DNA from: Candidatus Latescibacterota bacterium
GTDB lineage: Bacteria; Latescibacterota; UBA2968
Length of the DNA: 64,000 nucleotides
Direction: 5' to 3'
Assembly (NCBI GenBank): GCA_965207885.1
Contig: OZ242311.1
Span: 1,376,001 to 1,440,000 of the forward strand
Shown here: positions 18,401 to 26,160 of the stretch, piece after piece
Layout of the letters: each line of letters starts with the position of its first letter
How positions within the stretch are numbered: position 1 is the stretch's first letter
Position numbers and translations under genes: made by a program
Notes under the pieces: model-generated
The model's input: only the letters and a program-made list of their open reading frames with translations
Told to the model about the DNA's origin: nothing
Databases searched by the model: none

Positions 18401-18707
18401 CACACTCATGACCTTGCATGCGTCCAAGGGCCTGGAATTCCCCGTGGTATTTATCTGTGGGGTTGAGGAAGGATTAATCCCGCACGCCAATGCGGATATC
18501 GAAGAAGAGAAACGCCTATTTTTCGTCGGCATAACCCGCGGACAAGACGAAGTGATCTTGACCCGCGCCCGAAGCCGCAGGCGATTTGGCGAACGCATCG
18601 CGCCCAAAATATCGCGCTTTGTAGCCGACATCCCCGAAGAAGTGATCGACTTTGTCGATCTGCGAACCGAAAGACGCAAACCCGCCGAACAACTATCCTT
18701 ATTTTAA
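15477..18707 (+). CDS. Endonuclease Q-like PHP domain fused to a UvrD/Rep (SF1A) helicase
   Basis: ADIHLHSRF, GTGDFTHP, PAHIWTP, ETGLSSD, NSDAHS, GKYHFDGHRKC, CPVCG, PGYDGVYG; then AGPGTGKT, VDEFQD, GDPDQAIYGFRGA, TLHASKGLEF, FFVGITR. Ends QLSLF. Confidence 0.85.
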   Translation: MQYIADIHLHSRFARATSKTLNPENLYRWSLIKGLTVVGTGDFTHPVWFDELRDQLEPAEEGLYQLRSDLRRGIDAELPQACRGQMRFVLSVEISLIYKKNDKTRKIHHVVTMPSFDAAARLNARLGAIGNLKSDGRPILGLDSRDLVEICLEACDEVLFIPAHIWTPHFAVLGASSGFDTLEECFEDMLPHIFAVETGLSSDPPMNWRLSMLDNYAIVSNSDAHSPQKLAREATCFNTDLSFRGMYNALKDRDPTRFTGTLEFYPEEGKYHFDGHRKCDICWKPVQTLDADEICPVCGRKLTVGVLHRVEKLADRAEGDRPDVVMPFENLIPLPEIIGSVLQVGPTSKRVQTVYEQMLSTHGAELKILRELPIEEIAKTGDFLIAEGIRRMREGEVHIDPGYDGVYGKIQVFSDEDRARLSGQETLFHIPAGEPSKEKAENASLDKSTENSIAKDSSFTLPTSLFPLLDPHQQAAVTTEKGPVIVTAGPGTGKTRVLTHRVIDLIQNRGVSPASVMAVTFTNRAATEMWERIVSLSSGGEELVPMRVGTFHRLSLDLLREYAPERMGAIADRGEARTVLQEAIADIDTETSVDDALSQISLCKATGQEIPDITDTELQTIYTNYQHRLTTYGLMDFDDILLILHDVLSGDILQTIQARFTHVLVDEFQDVNAVQYALIQKLSGDGSGLFVIGDPDQAIYGFRGASAGYFAQLKADYPGSNEVILQHTYRSTPQIISAASSLLRGRSYVPVRENGPNLRALSTPGETGEGIAIVEEISRMVGGADLLQANEEGKRSLDDFAVLFRTGRQADALETCFLQAGIPYRVVGQKSYLDAASVQHALSFFKCVLRDISSAPTTRDIIDLLSIPAFDPGREARATMRRQAQNTALSDTVQEKLDAAMEAVDRFRNETSHLSPSERIAKWAEEFATSDDIDIERLSLLAQGVDSIAELLEIITLGQDGDFVRRGKIARPEAVTLMTLHASKGLEFPVVFICGVEEGLIPHANADIEEEKRLFFVGITRGQDEVILTRARSRRRFGERIAPKISRFVADIPEEVIDFVDLRTERRKPAEQLSLF

Positions 18708-20008
18708 ATACCGAGCATCTCGTGTACCACGTTGTGAATGCGGTCTTCCGTATCTTCAACAAAGGGACCCGTGCGCTTCCAGTGTTGCTGATTGAACCAG
18801 ACCTCGTAGCCCCCTTCTGGAATCTGGCGTTTAACGGGAATATAACCAACAATATCATTTGTATAAGCCGCCACCAGAAGATTCTCAAAATAAGGCGCCA
18901 ATTCTCTTTTCAAACGCAACCCGTGCTCCACATTCATCTCAGCAGCAAGCCCGACAATAGCCAGCGCATCGCCAAAACGCATAGTCTGGATCTCAAACGG
19001 AAAGCTGGTCGCAACCGGAATATTGTTTTCAACGCTCTCGAACAAATGTCGCGCCCAGGCCCGTACATAGTCCGAACCGGCATCCAGACTGGACTTGACC
19101 AGATCCATATCAATGGGTTCGGTCTCTATATTCAGCACCGTCTGCGCAATAGAAATCGGACCGCTTATGTGCCGCAGGTCCTGCGAAGCGAGTACACGGA
19201 TAACAGACTCACCCAATTCGACACCAATATCGCGGATCTCATCGACCTCCCGCTGAACAAAAACATTTGATGCAGGATCGACGGGCTTCGTCTTCTGATC
19301 TCCGGCACAGCCCTGCAGGAAACAAGTCGCGACATCGGGATACACCGCTTCGATATGGTCGTAAGCAAAACACACATAATCCCCCCCAATAAGCGTCCCG
19401 CTGCGGCTGGTGGGATGACAGGCATAAGAAAAAATAACACATCGCAACTCGCCCTCGGGAGATTCCACTGCAATAACCGGCACATCGTGGTCGTGAGGCG
19501 CTTTCAAAGAGGGTACCCACGCCACACCGCCCTTTCCATCTGGCTTTCGACGGGACCTCGCGATATCGCAACTCCCCGTACCAAAACGAAGACGCGCAGA
19601 AGACCTTACATCCCAGGCTACTTTTGCACAACGCGCGACATTTTCAAAAAGATCTTCGAGATAATCGTCGTCCAGTTCCCCGTGCCGCTCCCTGTCCATC
19701 TCCCGGATACAGGGGCCACAATGCGTATGCGAACCATTGAGAATAATATGCGCCGGATCAATACCCGTAGCCGCGTTAATCCTGCTTCGTACCTCTTCTG
19801 TGCGCTCGTAAAAACCCAGAATCTCGGCACCGACGATAAGCAACGGTGTCTCGCCGTCATCTATCGCAACCGCCGTAGCCTTCAAAGGATGATAAACCTC
19901 AGTAGAAGGCTCTTGCCGCGCCGCGAACCCGGCCAGATAAATCCCCACGGGCGGGGTAATATCGACCGTGCCGACGCCGACTTGATAGGTATGATTGGAC
20001 GATGACAT
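18704..20008 (-). CDS. Neutral/alkaline ceramidase N-terminal domain-like hydrolase
   Basis: VDITPP.G..LAGF, SHTHCGP, YACHP, FLQGCAGD, GYIP...EGGYE. Confidence 0.7.
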   Translation of the reverse strand: MSSSNHTYQVGVGTVDITPPVGIYLAGFAARQEPSTEVYHPLKATAVAIDDGETPLLIVGAEILGFYERTEEVRSRINAATGIDPAHIILNGSHTHCGPCIREMDRERHGELDDDYLEDLFENVARCAKVAWDVRSSARLRFGTGSCDIARSRRKPDGKGGVAWVPSLKAPHDHDVPVIAVESPEGELRCVIFSYACHPTSRSGTLIGGDYVCFAYDHIEAVYPDVATCFLQGCAGDQKTKPVDPASNVFVQREVDEIRDIGVELGESVIRVLASQDLRHISGPISIAQTVLNIETEPIDMDLVKSSLDAGSDYVRAWARHLFESVENNIPVATSFPFEIQTMRFGDALAIVGLAAEMNVEHGLRLKRELAPYFENLLVAAYTNDIVGYIPVKRQIPEGGYEVWFNQQHWKRTGPFVEDTEDRIHNVVHEMLGI

Positions 20009-20020
20009 AACATATATTCC

Positions 20021-21154
20021 CTATAAAAATCGCGTAATTTGATACGCATCAATCTCTGTCTCGAGATCTTTCCTCAAAACCAGATCCGCGATGAGTTTTC
20101 CGCTATAAGGACCGAGTTGCAAGCCCGTGGGACCGTGCCCGGTCGCGAGATAAATATTTCGAATATTTGGAACGCTCCCCAGCACCGGCAAATGATCCTC
20201 CGTGTACGGACGCAGCCCAACCCGAATCTCCCGAACCTCTGCCTGCGCCAGACCCGGCGCCACCCGCAGAGCTTCAGCGAGAACCTCGAGCACCCCCGCG
20301 GCAGTCGTGCGCGCCTCAAAACCGGATCCAGTCTCCCGCGTAGCCCCCACAACCACGCGACCATCCGGCCACGGAACCATATAGTGACCCCGCACCGCAC
20401 TGATAATGGGCCATGACGACGTATCCGTATCGCCCAGACCCAAATGAATAATCTGACCGCGCTGCGGTTCAACCAGAATATGAACGCCAAGCTGATCTCC
20501 GAACGCCTGTGACCATGCCCCACCCGCGATCACAACCTTACCCGCAGAGACAGTTTCTCCACCTGTTATAACGCCCGTAACCGCATTATCCTGGATCAAC
20601 AACTGTTCAACCCCAGCGTGTTTAACCGCAAGACCCCTCGCTTCCGCGGCTCGATGCAAAGCAGCCGACAGAAGCCGACCATCCACGCGGGCGGCATCGC
20701 GGTAGAAAATCGCACCACGCACATCTCCCAGAGCGGGAAAACGCCTGCGCGCCTCGTCCGAAGAAATCTCGTACAAATCTTCCTCAGCCGGTTCACCGCG
20801 TTGATCCCGGCGATTAAAAATGTGTTGCCGCGCAATAGCAAAGGAATCTATTTCGTCGTACGAAACAGCGACGAGCATCATCCCACAAGTTGCAAAACCC
20901 GTCTCCTCATCCTGCTCCGCCTGCAAATTATCCACCAATTTTGGATAATATTCGGAAGCAAACGCAGCAAGACGCAACCAGGGACCTGGATCGCGGGTAT
21001 TGGTAGCGGGCGAAAGAATACCCGCACCAGCATCCGTAGCGCGCCCCGCATCCCTCCGGTCAACGAGCAGAGTCTTTGCACCGTCGCACACCAGATGATA
21101 CGCGGCAGAAATCCCGACAACACCACCGCCGATAACAATAGCGTCATAACTCAT
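20021..21154 (-). CDS. FAD-dependent oxidoreductase (D-amino acid/glycine oxidase family)
   Basis: IGGGVVG, ATDAGAGIL, PQRGQ, VGLRPYT, ATGHGPTGLQLGP. Confidence 0.85.
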   Translation of the reverse strand: MSYDAIVIGGGVVGISAAYHLVCDGAKTLLVDRRDAGRATDAGAGILSPATNTRDPGPWLRLAAFASEYYPKLVDNLQAEQDEETGFATCGMMLVAVSYDEIDSFAIARQHIFNRRDQRGEPAEEDLYEISSDEARRRFPALGDVRGAIFYRDAARVDGRLLSAALHRAAEARGLAVKHAGVEQLLIQDNAVTGVITGGETVSAGKVVIAGGAWSQAFGDQLGVHILVEPQRGQIIHLGLGDTDTSSWPIISAVRGHYMVPWPDGRVVVGATRETGSGFEARTTAAGVLEVLAEALRVAPGLAQAEVREIRVGLRPYTEDHLPVLGSVPNIRNIYLATGHGPTGLQLGPYSGKLIADLVLRKDLETEIDAYQITRFL

Positions 21155-21185
21155 TTTTTATCATCTCTTTCAGTATTATGAACGT

Positions 21186-22028
21186 TCATCCCCCCAAACC
21201 CCATATCTCAGCCGCAGTCCCGCCCAGAATGCGTTCTATATCCCCATCCGTCAGAAAGGGCAACCCCTCGCGAATAAGACGCAGTTCATCAGCAAGCGTG
21301 GGCCACTTGTGCTTGACCCGGTGATACCCGGGATAACCAGTCCCCCAGACCGTACGCTGAGCAGTAAAAACCGCCAGCGCCGCCTCAATATAGGGATGCA
21401 CATCTTCGTACGGATGAACTTTTTGCGAACGCCCAGCCACATCCGAAAGTTTAAAAAACACATTGTCAAAACGCGCCAGATCCAGAACAGGCTGATATTT
21501 AGCAAGCGGACGATCTATCTGCGGGTACCCCATATGGTCTAAGATAAGAACAGTATCCGGACACCGCTGAGCAATCGCAGCGACCTGATCCGCATCCTCA
21601 GGCCGCAAATGAAACTGGATAACAGCGTCGAGCGCCGCGATCTCTTCCCACATCGGACCGTTCTGCACCGTAAGCAGAATCTTTTCATCGGGATAGTACA
21701 TCGGATGCAAACGGAACCCAACCAGACCGCGCTCCCGGATCCAGTAACGCACCTGCTCGGCATTGTCGGGATCCTGGGGATCAACAAGACCATGCCCGAC
21801 AAACCGATCCGGATACCGAATCACCGAATCCGCAATATAACCATTATCCCACGTGGACCAACTCGTCTGCACGAGCACCGTCCAATCCACCCCTTCGGCA
21901 TCCATATCAGCCAAAAGTTCCTCAGCCGTACCTGGCTCATCCGGATAGCTATTCCACGTCGGCGCAGTGGGACCAACCGGATACTTATCCGAAATTTCCC
22001 AAATGTGAACGTGCGTATCTACAATCAT
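21186..22028 (-). CDS. Amidohydrolase-2 family protein
   Basis: VDTHVHIW, GFRL, LDHMG, KLS, WGTGYP. Confidence 0.85.
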   Translation of the reverse strand: MIVDTHVHIWEISDKYPVGPTAPTWNSYPDEPGTAEELLADMDAEGVDWTVLVQTSWSTWDNGYIADSVIRYPDRFVGHGLVDPQDPDNAEQVRYWIRERGLVGFRLHPMYYPDEKILLTVQNGPMWEEIAALDAVIQFHLRPEDADQVAAIAQRCPDTVLILDHMGYPQIDRPLAKYQPVLDLARFDNVFFKLSDVAGRSQKVHPYEDVHPYIEAALAVFTAQRTVWGTGYPGYHRVKHKWPTLADELRLIREGLPFLTDGDIERILGGTAAEIWGLGG

Positions 22029-22047
22029 AAAAAAGTCCTATAAGAAG

Positions 22048-22075
22048 CAAAAGCCCGATAGAATCGGGCTTATTC
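22048..22075. repeat. Hairpin of the CAAAAGCCC...CGGGCTT family (copy A)
   Basis: CAAAAGCCCGATAGAATCGGGCTT; related to 23531 and 32092. Confidence 0.55.
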
Positions 22076-22114
22076 ATATAATTTGCGGGATGTGCATAAT
22101 TCCATATAACCGCG

Positions 22115-22363
22115 TCACGCATCCAACGCTTGCTCAAACGCCTCAAGACTGGACACCTGAATCGCCGTACGATGCAACTTCTTCAGGCGTTGCAAATCTT
22201 CAATAGCGGCAATGCGAGCAGATAAGGGATCTGTTTCAGGTAGATCGAATCGAATTTCCAGCACCTCGATGATATCGGCAATAGCGCGGTCTCTCTCCCC
22301 GCGCTCAATGCCCTGCTTCATAATGTATTGTGTAAACGATGACTCGCGCATAATGGCATCCAT
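22115..22363 (-). CDS. Possible in-frame intragenic small protein (82 aa, RpnS-like antitoxin)
   Basis: Minus strand reads ACAGGAGGGTCTTATGGATGCC: AGGAGG then ATG, in frame with the Rpn-like ORF. Confidence 0.5.
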   Translation of the reverse strand: MDAIMRESSFTQYIMKQGIERGERDRAIADIIEVLEIRFDLPETDPLSARIAAIEDLQRLKKLHRTAIQVSSLEAFEQALDA

Positions 22364-22996
22364 AAGACCCTCCTGTAATAGAATACGATTGATCAGTATC
22401 GGATCATACTCTAACCCACTCAATATCATCAACCTGCCCAAAAAGTCAACCTTTATTGATTCATCCACCCGCAACGCATCCGTCGCGTCAACACAGTGAC
22501 GCAACCACGCCTCTGAATTTATCCCAACAGGATGTTTCATCAAGGGGACGAATGGAAACAAGCCCGAAGGTCCGCCATCAAGAATATCCTGTCCCTCTAT
22601 TTCACTCAGCCGAATCACTGTGTATTCTATCAAAACGTCACGGCCGGATATTTCATGAATAAAGTGTCCCGGATCGCGCCGACCTGCACTGCGCCGCAAG
22701 TAGATCACACTGGAGTAAATCGGCAGGTCGTGACGCTCAATCGCACGTATAATATAGCCCGCCATGCGGAGCGGCATAGATGGATCGTCAATCGTTTGAA
22801 ACTCGTGATGCACCAATGCCTCCTTGCCCGCAATATGGACGCGGATAAGGCTATCGGTATGTCGTGTATCAACCGTGCTTTGCTCCGTATCGAGTATGTC
22901 CAGGACTTCTACATCGTCCTGTTCAAGCGTGAGGCGGATAAAGTCTTTGGGATAGGTCTGGATCAGATCTTTGGAGACAGAGTCATATTCGGCCAT
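22115..22996 (-). CDS. Rpn/YhgA-like PD-(D/E)XK nuclease (putative transposase family) with a small C-terminal helical domain
   Basis: YDSVSKDL, RHTDSL, HHEFQT, MPLRMAGY, VIYL, and EVLEIRF C-terminal pattern. Confidence 0.7.
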   Translation of the reverse strand: MAEYDSVSKDLIQTYPKDFIRLTLEQDDVEVLDILDTEQSTVDTRHTDSLIRVHIAGKEALVHHEFQTIDDPSMPLRMAGYIIRAIERHDLPIYSSVIYLRRSAGRRDPGHFIHEISGRDVLIEYTVIRLSEIEGQDILDGGPSGLFPFVPLMKHPVGINSEAWLRHCVDATDALRVDESIKVDFLGRLMILSGLEYDPILINRILLQEGLMDAIMRESSFTQYIMKQGIERGERDRAIADIIEVLEIRFDLPETDPLSARIAAIEDLQRLKKLHRTAIQVSSLEAFEQALDA

Positions 22997-23331
22997 GTGG
23001 AATGCCCTGAGTCTGATGGGTGAATTTTACACGCAACAGTCAGACCCTGAGCAAATATCAAGCCAACATCTCAGAATTGAGCGATACATTGTATGGACAG
23101 AAGCTCACATATCCTCATCAGGCTTTTAATATGCTATATTGCGCCTTAACTTAAATGTAAGGATCGCCTTTGGAGGCACAGACAAACCGAACGCAGCGGG
23201 ATACAAAAGTGTACGTTTTGATCCATGAACGATGGGGTATCGTGAAAGATTTTTACATTTGAAAAATAGCGACCTGCCGCGCTGTGCTTAATGGCTTTTT
23301 TTAGGAATTGGCTGATGGCATATTTGAAGGC

Positions 23332-23502
23332 TTATTTTGATTTAGATAGTGTTAGTGTCACATCTCTCACTGCCAGTAAAAACGCCTCTATATCCCCATT
23401 TTGCTCATAATCCTCAAGCGCAACGGAAAGATATATCTTCGCGCCTTCTGGATCACGTAGCTGCTCAATATGATAGTCTTTGAAGTTTAGATAGTTACTC
23501 AT
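23332..23502 (-). pseudogene. Truncated addiction-module antidote-like protein (HTH missing)
   Basis: FKDYHIEQLRDPEGAKIYLSVALEDYEQNGDIEAFLLAVRDV, then a stop where the HTH would be expected. Confidence 0.55.
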
Positions 23503-23530
23503 TTTTGGACTCTGTTGAGTTATGCTCTCT

Positions 23531-23575
23531 AAAACAAAAGCCCGCTGGATGTGCATCCCATCGGGCTTTTTCATT
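23531..23575. repeat. Hairpin repeat (copy B), left flank of the ssp-like island; can act as a terminator
   Basis: AAAACAAAAGCCCGCTGGATGTGCATCCCATCGGGCTTTTTCATT. Confidence 0.65.
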
Positions 23576-23621
23576 CTTGATGTTTCTTTACTATATTGTG
23601 CAGAAATTTCAGAACTTCGGT

Positions 23622-24890
23622 TTAGTCGTATAGCCTATCCGGAAGATTGACATTTGATCGTTCCTCTTCTGGAAAGTGACTGGCGTAAAAGTCTTTTAGA
23701 TTATCAAGTTCCGATTTCGAGAGCGACTCACCTAAGTAGTAAGCAATAAACCTCGATGCGAAATTTATCGCCTGCGTACCGCTGACGATTCTCGATCCGT
23801 TCATTAGAATACGTTGCCACATTGGGTTATCAATCCCCCAATCAACTTCATTGACTCGCTGAAGGATATCATTCCAAGAAAACCGTGATCCGTCAGATTT
23901 ATCTGCCGCCTTCAATCGAACGACCGCGAGCATTAATGCCCGCTGGCAAACCGGTTTGCCGAGAAGCAATGTATCTCTGATCTCCTTTCGTTTCTCATCT
24001 CCGCTATCCTCTTTATCCACCAACGCAGCGTGATATGTTGTTATGCCATTCGAGAGCTTTTCCCAATATTCCTTTGCTAGGTTCCGATAAAGTACTCGTG
24101 TCGCCGGATCAGGTAGAGTTTGGGTCTCTATCTTACCAAATGTTTCTGCGAGTACGGACTTAGTTGACTCGTAAATTGTTGACAAAGTTGTGAAGTAATG
24201 TGCAGTTTTTGACAAAGTGTTGGATCGATAGTTGACAAGACGACTTCCGATAACTTCGTTCGCGATCTCCCTCGAAATAACAGAGATAATATCATCGTCT
24301 GCAGTAATCAGATTCTCTGCCTTGGTTGTAGCCTTTGCGTATCGATTTACCTTATTGAAGATTTTTCGCCCTTTATACGGGTCATCATGTTTAATTAAGA
24401 TTAGCAAGACATCATCGTTAGCCAATTCTTGGTTTGGGCTGAATTCTTCTATTGGTCTATCCTTCTCGTCCTTACCGGACAGAGCGAATTGGATTGCGGC
24501 AAGTCTATGTTGACCATCCAATGGAACCAACAGCTCACCGCCTGAGAGTATGAGAAACCCAAAGGATTTCGCCGCTGTCTCGTAGAGTGTCGGAACCTCA
24601 TGCAGTATTTTGTTCGCTGGCTCAAATTTCATCTCTTCCGCATTAATTACGGCAACGATTAGTGCCCCAAAAAATTGATCTGAATCGGTAGCGAGATAGG
24701 GCGCGATTTGTTTCTTAACTCGATTATAGTTAATCTCCCGCTGAAAGCGTTCTTCAAGATCAAGTTCTCCCCAGTTAGGAATTTCTCTTGGTATAGTGAG
24801 CTGGTTTTTAACGTCGTTCGCTTTCATAGTAATCATAAAATAGTCGGTTGAACCGAACCGCCCTTTCATAGCGGGATGTACGCTAGCCAT
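23622..24890 (-). CDS. DGQHR-domain (DndB-family, ParB/Srx-like) protein
   Basis: PAMKGRFGSTDYF, FQREINYNRV, FFGALIV, PLDGQHRL, KIFNKVNRYAK. Confidence 0.85.
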   Translation of the reverse strand: MASVHPAMKGRFGSTDYFMITMKANDVKNQLTIPREIPNWGELDLEERFQREINYNRVKKQIAPYLATDSDQFFGALIVAVINAEEMKFEPANKILHEVPTLYETAAKSFGFLILSGGELLVPLDGQHRLAAIQFALSGKDEKDRPIEEFSPNQELANDDVLLILIKHDDPYKGRKIFNKVNRYAKATTKAENLITADDDIISVISREIANEVIGSRLVNYRSNTLSKTAHYFTTLSTIYESTKSVLAETFGKIETQTLPDPATRVLYRNLAKEYWEKLSNGITTYHAALVDKEDSGDEKRKEIRDTLLLGKPVCQRALMLAVVRLKAADKSDGSRFSWNDILQRVNEVDWGIDNPMWQRILMNGSRIVSGTQAINFASRFIAYYLGESLSKSELDNLKDFYASHFPEEERSNVNLPDRLYD

Positions 24891-25266
24891 GTGTTTTCCT
24901 CCAATTAGTTGATTTTGGCGTGTAGTCTTGATACCGATCTTCGTTCGTTATTGGTTGTAAAAAAAGAATAAGTGACTTTTCGAGATCGTCTATTTCTGTC
25001 TCTTCACATCGAAGGTATATGAATTTGACGTCTCCATCTAGTGCTTTAACCCAAAGAGATAGCTTCGCGTTGTGGGACCCATTATAGTGTTGTGTCAATC
25101 GCTCCTGTACACCCTGATCAGTAGATTTCCCCACATAGACGAAGTCATGGTTGTGATAAAATATGTAGACACCTATCGTTTTCTTTGGAATATCCAATAT
25201 GTTCTGTAAAGTAAATCGTCTTCCGTTGTTTCTGAGTTCTCTTGAGAAGTTATTCGGGAACAGCAT
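24883..25266 (-). CDS. Small GIY-YIG nuclease
   Basis: GVYIF...FVYVGKS...RLTQH...LEKSLI...QPITN; stop overlaps the start of the DGQHR gene. Confidence 0.75.
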   Translation of the reverse strand: MLFPNNFSRELRNNGRRFTLQNILDIPKKTIGVYIFYHNHDFVYVGKSTDQGVQERLTQHYNGSHNAKLSLWVKALDGDVKFIYLRCEETEIDDLEKSLILFLQPITNEDRYQDYTPKSTNWRKTHG

Positions 25267-25347
25267 TTCGTTTATCCTGACGATACATAAAAGTTACTCC
25301 ATACTATTTCAGGCACTTAGAAACCAAAGTAAACTTATACTGACAGA

Positions 25348-26160
25348 CTATAAATGACAAATCGCGCAACCCTCAGTCTCATCAATCACGGGCAAGTCTC
25401 TGAGAGGTTGATCTACAATATCATCCAGGGTTTTCCCATCCACCCAGGTAAATTTCTTCCCATCCTTCACCTGTTCGTATTCTTTGGCCTTCTCGAACAG
25501 ATCAGGATGTTCTTCTTTCAACCTCTGCCACTCCCCAATCTGCTGATAAAAGCAAAAGTAACACCCCGACCGTGACCGCCACTTGTAATACTCAGGCAAT
25601 CCCAATCCAGACTCTTCCAGAATCTGTTTAATATCCGATAGGCCAAGCCCATCATCCTTAAACGGATAAACCGGAATAATATTAGGCTGTTGAGAAATCG
25701 AGGGGGGTTTTTTTGCGATGTACCCATCCCGGTCTTCATCGTCGCGGATACCAATATAACTATATGCCTGGCTATCACCAACATAATCCTCAAAAGGTTC
25801 AATTTTTAACACGCGAGTACACCACCGTGATCTCGGGCTGGGCAAATAGCCGCCGTATATTTCATTCAAATACATATCAAACGGATTGCGCCCGGGTTTC
25901 TTCTCCACCTTTAAGCCGTCGAGCGCGTTCAAATGCACGATTTTCACGCCTAACAAGGCTTCCAAACGCTCCAGGTATTGATATGTCTCATCCAATTCGC
26001 ATCCGGTATCACAAAACACATACTCTGCACGGATCTCTGGATAATACTGACGCATATAAATCGCCAATGCAGCAGAATCTTTCCCGCCCGATACACTAAC
26101 AATGTGGCGCATCTCGGGATTATCCTGCAAGCTTGCCAGTGCTTCCTTGAGCGTTGCCAT
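25348..26160 (-). CDS. sspD: PAPS-reductase-family PP-loop ATP pyrophosphatase, SspD-like
   Basis: SVSGGKDS, FCDTG, RWCT, GIRDDE, SRSGCYFCFYQ, C-terminal CAICHL; fourth gene after desulfurase, DUF4007 and ATPase. Confidence 0.78.
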   Translation of the reverse strand: MATLKEALASLQDNPEMRHIVSVSGGKDSAALAIYMRQYYPEIRAEYVFCDTGCELDETYQYLERLEALLGVKIVHLNALDGLKVEKKPGRNPFDMYLNEIYGGYLPSPRSRWCTRVLKIEPFEDYVGDSQAYSYIGIRDDEDRDGYIAKKPPSISQQPNIIPVYPFKDDGLGLSDIKQILEESGLGLPEYYKWRSRSGCYFCFYQQIGEWQRLKEEHPDLFEKAKEYEQVKDGKKFTWVDGKTLDDIVDQPLRDLPVIDETEGCAICHL

